Shown here: positions 60,388 through 64,000 of the stretch, piece by piece | Layout of the letters: every line of letters starts with the position of its first letter | How positions within the stretch are numbered: position 1 is the first letter of the stretch | From: an uncultured Chthonomonadaceae bacterium | Lineage (GTDB): Bacteria > Armatimonadota > Chthonomonadetes > Chthonomonadales > Chthonomonadaceae | Length of the DNA stretch: 64,000 nt | Reading direction: 5' to 3' | Assembly (NCBI GenBank): GCA_963817895.1 | Contig: CAWFQB010000005.1 | Span: 32,001-96,000, forward strand | Notes under the pieces: generated by a model | What the model saw: the letters and a program-made list of their open reading frames with translations, nothing else | Database searches by the model: none | Told to the model about the DNA's origin: nothing | Program-made: the position numbers and the translations under genes

Positions 60388-61431
60388 ATGGTTCTCATCT
60401 CGTGCGACCCGGAATTTGAAGCGCAGGCTTTGCAGGAGTTGCGGGAACTATGGCCCGCCATGCCGTCCCCGGAATGGGTAGGGGATGGCGTGGCGCGGTG
60501 CGTACCCGGAGTTGAATTCGGGGCGTTTGCCGCGCTTGTGACGAAACATGCGCCCATTTTCATCCGGCATATCGCGCCCGTGCAGCGCGAAGTGGAATTG
60601 AGCGGCGGAACGGCTGATCTGGAATTGTTCGCAAACGCCGCGTTGAGCCTTGCGTCCCTGCTGAACCCGAACGAAACCTTTGCCGTTCAGACGCGCTTTC
60701 TGCACGAAGAAGCGCGTCCGTATCGCAAGTTCACCCTGAACGAAACGCTTTCCACGCGGCTGCAAGCCGAAACAGGCGCGGCAATGGAGTGCAAGACGCC
60801 CGCGCAGGTGGTTTCCGTCGCCTGTACGCAGACGCGGGGCTATGTCGGCATTTCGCGTACTGCGCAGAACCGCAGCGCGTGGCCGGGTGGGGAACACCGT
60901 TTCAAGCGCGAGGAGGGGCAAATCAGCCGCGCCGAGTTCAAACTGCTGGAAGCCTTAGACGTATTCGGCCTGACGCTTCCTGTCGGCGGCAAGGCGCTGG
61001 ACATGGGCGCGGCTCCCGGCGGCTGGACGCGCGTATTGCGGCAGCAGGGCTTGCGCGTTGTGGCGGTTGACCCTGCCGACATGGACGTTCGCTTTCGGCG
61101 CGACCCGAACGTAACCCATGTTGCCAAAACAATCGAGGCGTTTTTGCCCACGCTGAAAACGCGCTTTGATGTTGTGGTCAATGATATGCGGATGGATGCC
61201 GACGCCTCGGTAGAAATGATGCTGAAAGCCAGCCGCAGCCTTGTGCCGGACGGCCTCGCGATTATGACGCTGAAATTGACAAAGGCAGTGGAAACGCGGC
61301 GCAGCGTTCTGGACGAAGTTCGGCAGGCATTGGAACGGTTACGGCGCGAGTACGATGTTGTCGGGGCGCGGCAACTGTACCACAATCGCAGCGAAGTAAC
61401 GGCAGCTTTGCGACGCAAAAGTGAGGGCTGA
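60388..61431 (+). CDS. FtsJ/RlmM-like SAM-dependent RNA methyltransferase
   Basis: PIFIRH, ISRAEFKLLEA, ALDMGAAPGGWT, VVAVDPA, VVNDM, LYHNRSE. Confidence 0.85.
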   Translation: MVLISCDPEFEAQALQELRELWPAMPSPEWVGDGVARCVPGVEFGAFAALVTKHAPIFIRHIAPVQREVELSGGTADLELFANAALSLASLLNPNETFAVQTRFLHEEARPYRKFTLNETLSTRLQAETGAAMECKTPAQVVSVACTQTRGYVGISRTAQNRSAWPGGEHRFKREEGQISRAEFKLLEALDVFGLTLPVGGKALDMGAAPGGWTRVLRQQGLRVVAVDPADMDVRFRRDPNVTHVAKTIEAFLPTLKTRFDVVVNDMRMDADASVEMMLKASRSLVPDGLAIMTLKLTKAVETRRSVLDEVRQALERLRREYDVVGARQLYHNRSEVTAALRRKSEG

Positions 61432-61482
61432 AACCCCCGAAAACTTCGCGGCTGAAATTTCATAAAAATTGTGAAAATAGTG

Positions 61483-61516
61483 GGAACAACTGCCGCCACG
61501 GCTCCGTCTCTATAAT
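61483..61516 (+). promoter_or_regulatory. ECF-type GGAAC-N17-CGTC promoter motif with adjacent TATAAT
   Basis: GGAAC 61483-87, CGTC 61505-08, TATAAT 61511-16. Confidence 0.55.
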
Positions 61517-62068
61517 CGTAATCCACACAGTTGGATACCTACAAAGAAATAGAGTTGAACAACTGAATACCGCGAATAACCAAATACCGGCAAACGAGAT
61601 AGCCAACTGAATAGCGCGTCAAAACTAAATACTGTCACAAAACAAATAGCGACCCTAAAATGAATATCGTTTCCCGCATCGGCAATGTTTGTTGATGTGT
61701 GGTTCAGGCCTTGAGCGTCTGTGCAATGTCTTGTGGACATTCTGCGCAGGCGTTCTTTTACTATATTTTGCTCTAACTTCATAGCGTTGGACAACTACAT
61801 AGTGGTCGAAACAACTTAATAGCGCGAAAAACCTCATAACGGCTCAACCTGACAACTGAATACACAATTGAATAGTCAACTGAATACGCGGCAATCGGAT
61901 TTCCCGACCAGACAACGACATAACGGTACAATCGAATACAGCGTACTGCAGCTCAAAATTGAATAGCGTCCACAATCGAATAGCGTTCCAATCAAACAGA
62001 GTTAAAGTTGTGAAATATACAAATTATTGTAGCGTCCTTTGTGCCTGAAGCGCAAAGGACGCTATTTT
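61514..62068 (+). ncRNA. Candidate multi-motif ncRNA (CAAYYGAATA-like repeats)
   Basis: No credible ORF; ~15 same-strand motif copies; central G-U hairpin 61713-61755; promoter upstream, terminator downstream. Confidence 0.55.
62030..62068 (+). terminator. Intrinsic terminator
   Basis: TAGCGTCCTTTGTGC-ctgaa-GCGCAAAGGACGCTA-TTTT. Confidence 0.8.
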
Positions 62069-62069
62069 C

Positions 62070-62139
62070 ATGCCTGCTAAATAAAACTTCGTGGGGACAT
62101 AACATGTGTCCCCACGTTTCTTATTTGAATGATGGTATA
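62070..62139. repeat. Degenerate relative of the 26142 palindromic element
   Basis: aaataaaac..CGTGGGGACA-taacatg-TGTCCCCACG..cttatttgaa..ggtat. Confidence 0.5.
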
Positions 62140-62161
62140 TATGAAAATACCTGTAAAAATA

Positions 62162-62194
62162 CCCGCCGCCCACGTTTATATATGTGGCGGCGGG
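62162..62194 (-). terminator. Terminator for gene 62221-62886
   Basis: CCCGCCGCC...GGCGGCGGG with an A-run on its left (U-run on minus strand). Confidence 0.6.
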
Positions 62195-62220
62195 AGATGG
62201 TTTGACTGGAAACGAGTTGC

Positions 62221-62886
62221 TTACGCGGCGTTGCCGGCGTTAGCGGCGCGGCGGCCGGGAGTGGGATGCGCGGCGATGTATTTGGCAATCGCATCCTTCT
62301 GCGGGGCGGTGAGCAGGGCTTCCACCTGCATTTTGAAATCAGCGTTCACTTCACGGTTTTTCGCCTGACGATCCGCCTGCGCCACGCCTTTCAGCTTGGC
62401 GCTTTCCGTTTCGGTGATGGCGCTGATTTTGTCCATCTGGTCTTTGGTCAGCTTCACATCCGGCAGCGCGCCGACGGGAATGGTCTGGCTGGCGTTGAGC
62501 ATGCTGATCATGGGCATCGCCTTTTCAACGGCGTTGGCCTGATCGGTGGTCAGGACGGCCTTGACATCCGCAACCGCTTTGGTGTTCACGTCGCGGCGGG
62601 CGGTGGCGTCGGCAGCGGCAGCCGCGTCGGTTTTGGCTTTGTCCTGCAAACCGGTTATTTTGGTCTTCTGCTCGTCTTTAAGCGGGCTGACCATATCCAG
62701 AACGGCGACTGGAAGCGTCGCCAGCGTAAGGCGGGCGCCGCCTCCGCGACGTCCCTGACGGGCGGGCGCGGCGCCGGCTGCGGGCGCTTGTCCGGCGGGT
62801 GCCGGGGGCGCGTCCTGCGCAAAGACAGGAATCGTGACAGCGAAAAGGGCGGCGGCAACCATCGTGTTGCGAATGAGATTGTACAT
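62221..62886 (-). CDS. Secreted Spy/CpxP-like (LTXXQ-repeat) protein
   Basis: GGAGG RBS; signal peptide; LKDEQ, LTTDQ, LTKDQ, LTAPQ repeats; TGAAC-N16-CGTC upstream at 63027-63051. Confidence 0.7.
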   Translation of the reverse strand: MYNLIRNTMVAAALFAVTIPVFAQDAPPAPAGQAPAAGAAPARQGRRGGGARLTLATLPVAVLDMVSPLKDEQKTKITGLQDKAKTDAAAAADATARRDVNTKAVADVKAVLTTDQANAVEKAMPMISMLNASQTIPVGALPDVKLTKDQMDKISAITETESAKLKGVAQADRQAKNREVNADFKMQVEALLTAPQKDAIAKYIAAHPTPGRRAANAGNAA

Positions 62887-63204
62887 GGAAACATCCTCCG
62901 AGAACGAGTGAAGTAAACGATCGAAGCGAGCAATCAGATGAAACAGTGAAAATTTTGCGGGCGGCAATGTCCGCGCAAGTGGTTTGAAATGGCAGTTGGC
63001 GCAATCCGCGCCTAAACAAATTGGTAGACGCCAAAAACTGCCCATAGTTCATTTTACCAGCAAATTTGTTTGCTTTCCAAATTTTCCACAAAAATAAAGG
63101 GTGTTTGGGTTGAGGAGGGATGCGAGATGAATTCTCTCCTGCTTGTATCTTGTATCTTGTATCTCGTATCTCTCCTCTTCTCCTTTTCTTCCCTTCTGCC
63201 CTGC

Positions 63205-63233
63205 TTGACACAAAACTGCAACCTTGCTATACT
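63205..63233 (+). promoter_or_regulatory. Near-consensus sigma70 promoter
   Basis: TTGACA-N17-TATACT. Confidence 0.75.
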
Positions 63234-63530
63234 ATATTTCGTAGCAGAACATAATGCTGCCTGCGTTCGGGTTTGTAACTTTCGCTCTACCCGGTGCAAC
63301 CTTTCTGCCGCCTGTCGCTGTCTATATGTGTGGCAACCATGAAACTACACAATCTACACAACTGCATCACGGACTGTCATTGCGAAGCCCATAGCGCGCC
63401 TGCCGCTCACGAGCGGTTGGCATGGCCTTGCGCCGACCAAAGCGGAAGACAGGGGAGCGTCGTAAGACAGGGAATCCTACGGCATACCCAACATCGGCAC
63501 ACGCCTGCGCCTGTGTCGGCGTCGCCTCCT

Positions 63531-63562
63531 CCCGCTCCATGCCCCGGCATCGGGCGGGTTTT
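63531..63562 (+). terminator. Terminator-like hairpin in the leader of the HNH gene
   Basis: CCCGCTC-c-ATGC-cccg-GCAT-c-GGGCGGG-TTTT. Confidence 0.5.
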
Positions 63563-63686
63563 GCGTTTGGGAAGATTGGTGGTTGGTGGTTGGTGGTTGG
63601 TGGCTGGTTAAATCAGGCGGTAATGAGTTGCTGTCCATAATCTACTGTCTACTGTCTACTTTCAACGAAAGGGGAGTCGAACCACG

Positions 63687-64000
63687 ATGAATCAAGAAGT
63701 GCTGGTTCTTAACAGCGATTACGAGCCGCTCAACGTGTGTAATGTGCGGCGGGCGATTGTGCTGGTTTATCTGGGCAAAGCGGATATTCTGCACACGAAC
63801 GACGACGGGATGGCGGCGACAGTGGACGGCGAGTTTATGACGCCCTCCGTTGTCAAACTGCGCGGTCATGTCAAGCGTCCGCTGCCGGAACTGAAGCTGT
63901 CGCGCCGCACCATCTTTGCGCGCGATAACTACATCTGCCAGTATTGCGGCTCTACGACCAAAGACCTGACGATTGACCACGTTATTCCGAAGCGCGCGGG
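63687..64000 (+). CDS. HNH endonuclease (McrA-like), frameshift ~63720, truncated by window edge
   Basis: AAGGGGAG RBS; EVLVLNS / YEPLNVC..RRAIVL, PSVVKL, SRRTIFARDNYICQYCG, LTIDHVIP. Confidence 0.88.
   Translation, partial: MNQEVLVLNSDYEPLNVCNVRRAIVLVYLGKADILHTNDDGMAATVDGEFMTPSVVKLRGHVKRPLPELKLSRRTIFARDNYICQYCGSTTKDLTIDHVIPKRA

Noticed and set aside
61510..61837. Minus-strand ORFs of 94 and 60 aa over the repeat region
   Set aside because: No RBS or recognisable domain, atypical codon usage; promoter, G-U hairpin and terminator all point to the + strand
61559..61990. CRISPR array interpretation of the CAACTGAATA repeats
   Set aside because: Repeats are only ~10 nt, degenerate and irregularly spaced (from 2 nt to over 100 nt apart); no cas genes in the window

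Overview
GC-rich bacterial chromosomal window. Gene content (DUF1501, DUF1592/DUF1552, GHL10-like, DUF6785-like, many secreted proteins) suggests an Armatimonadota-like organism; this is inference. It carries housekeeping and accessory genes (FKBP, DegP, a sugar ABC pair, MFS, M61 peptidase, Nnr, ABC-F, an RNA methyltransferase, tRNA-Pro(GGG)) and a ~10.7 kb FHA-vWA-PP2C-Ser/Thr kinase signalling cluster. Small toxin-antitoxin-like inserts and remnants are frequent, as are 7-10 nt tandem-repeat hairpins, some lying in-frame inside genes. About a dozen genes have 1-bp indels, most likely long-read assembly errors. Top candidates: (1) a ~550 nt A-rich intergenic unit at 61514-62068 with ~15 copies of a CAAYYGAATA-like motif, its own promoter and a terminator, i.e. 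a candidate protein-sponge ncRNA; its ECF-type GGAAC-N17-CGTC promoter also precedes an Sm-like gene and a general-stress gene; (2) two independent TA modules, each flanked by a diverged duplicate of the 5' end of the neighbouring gene. All family names come from recognising motifs by eye, not from database searches.
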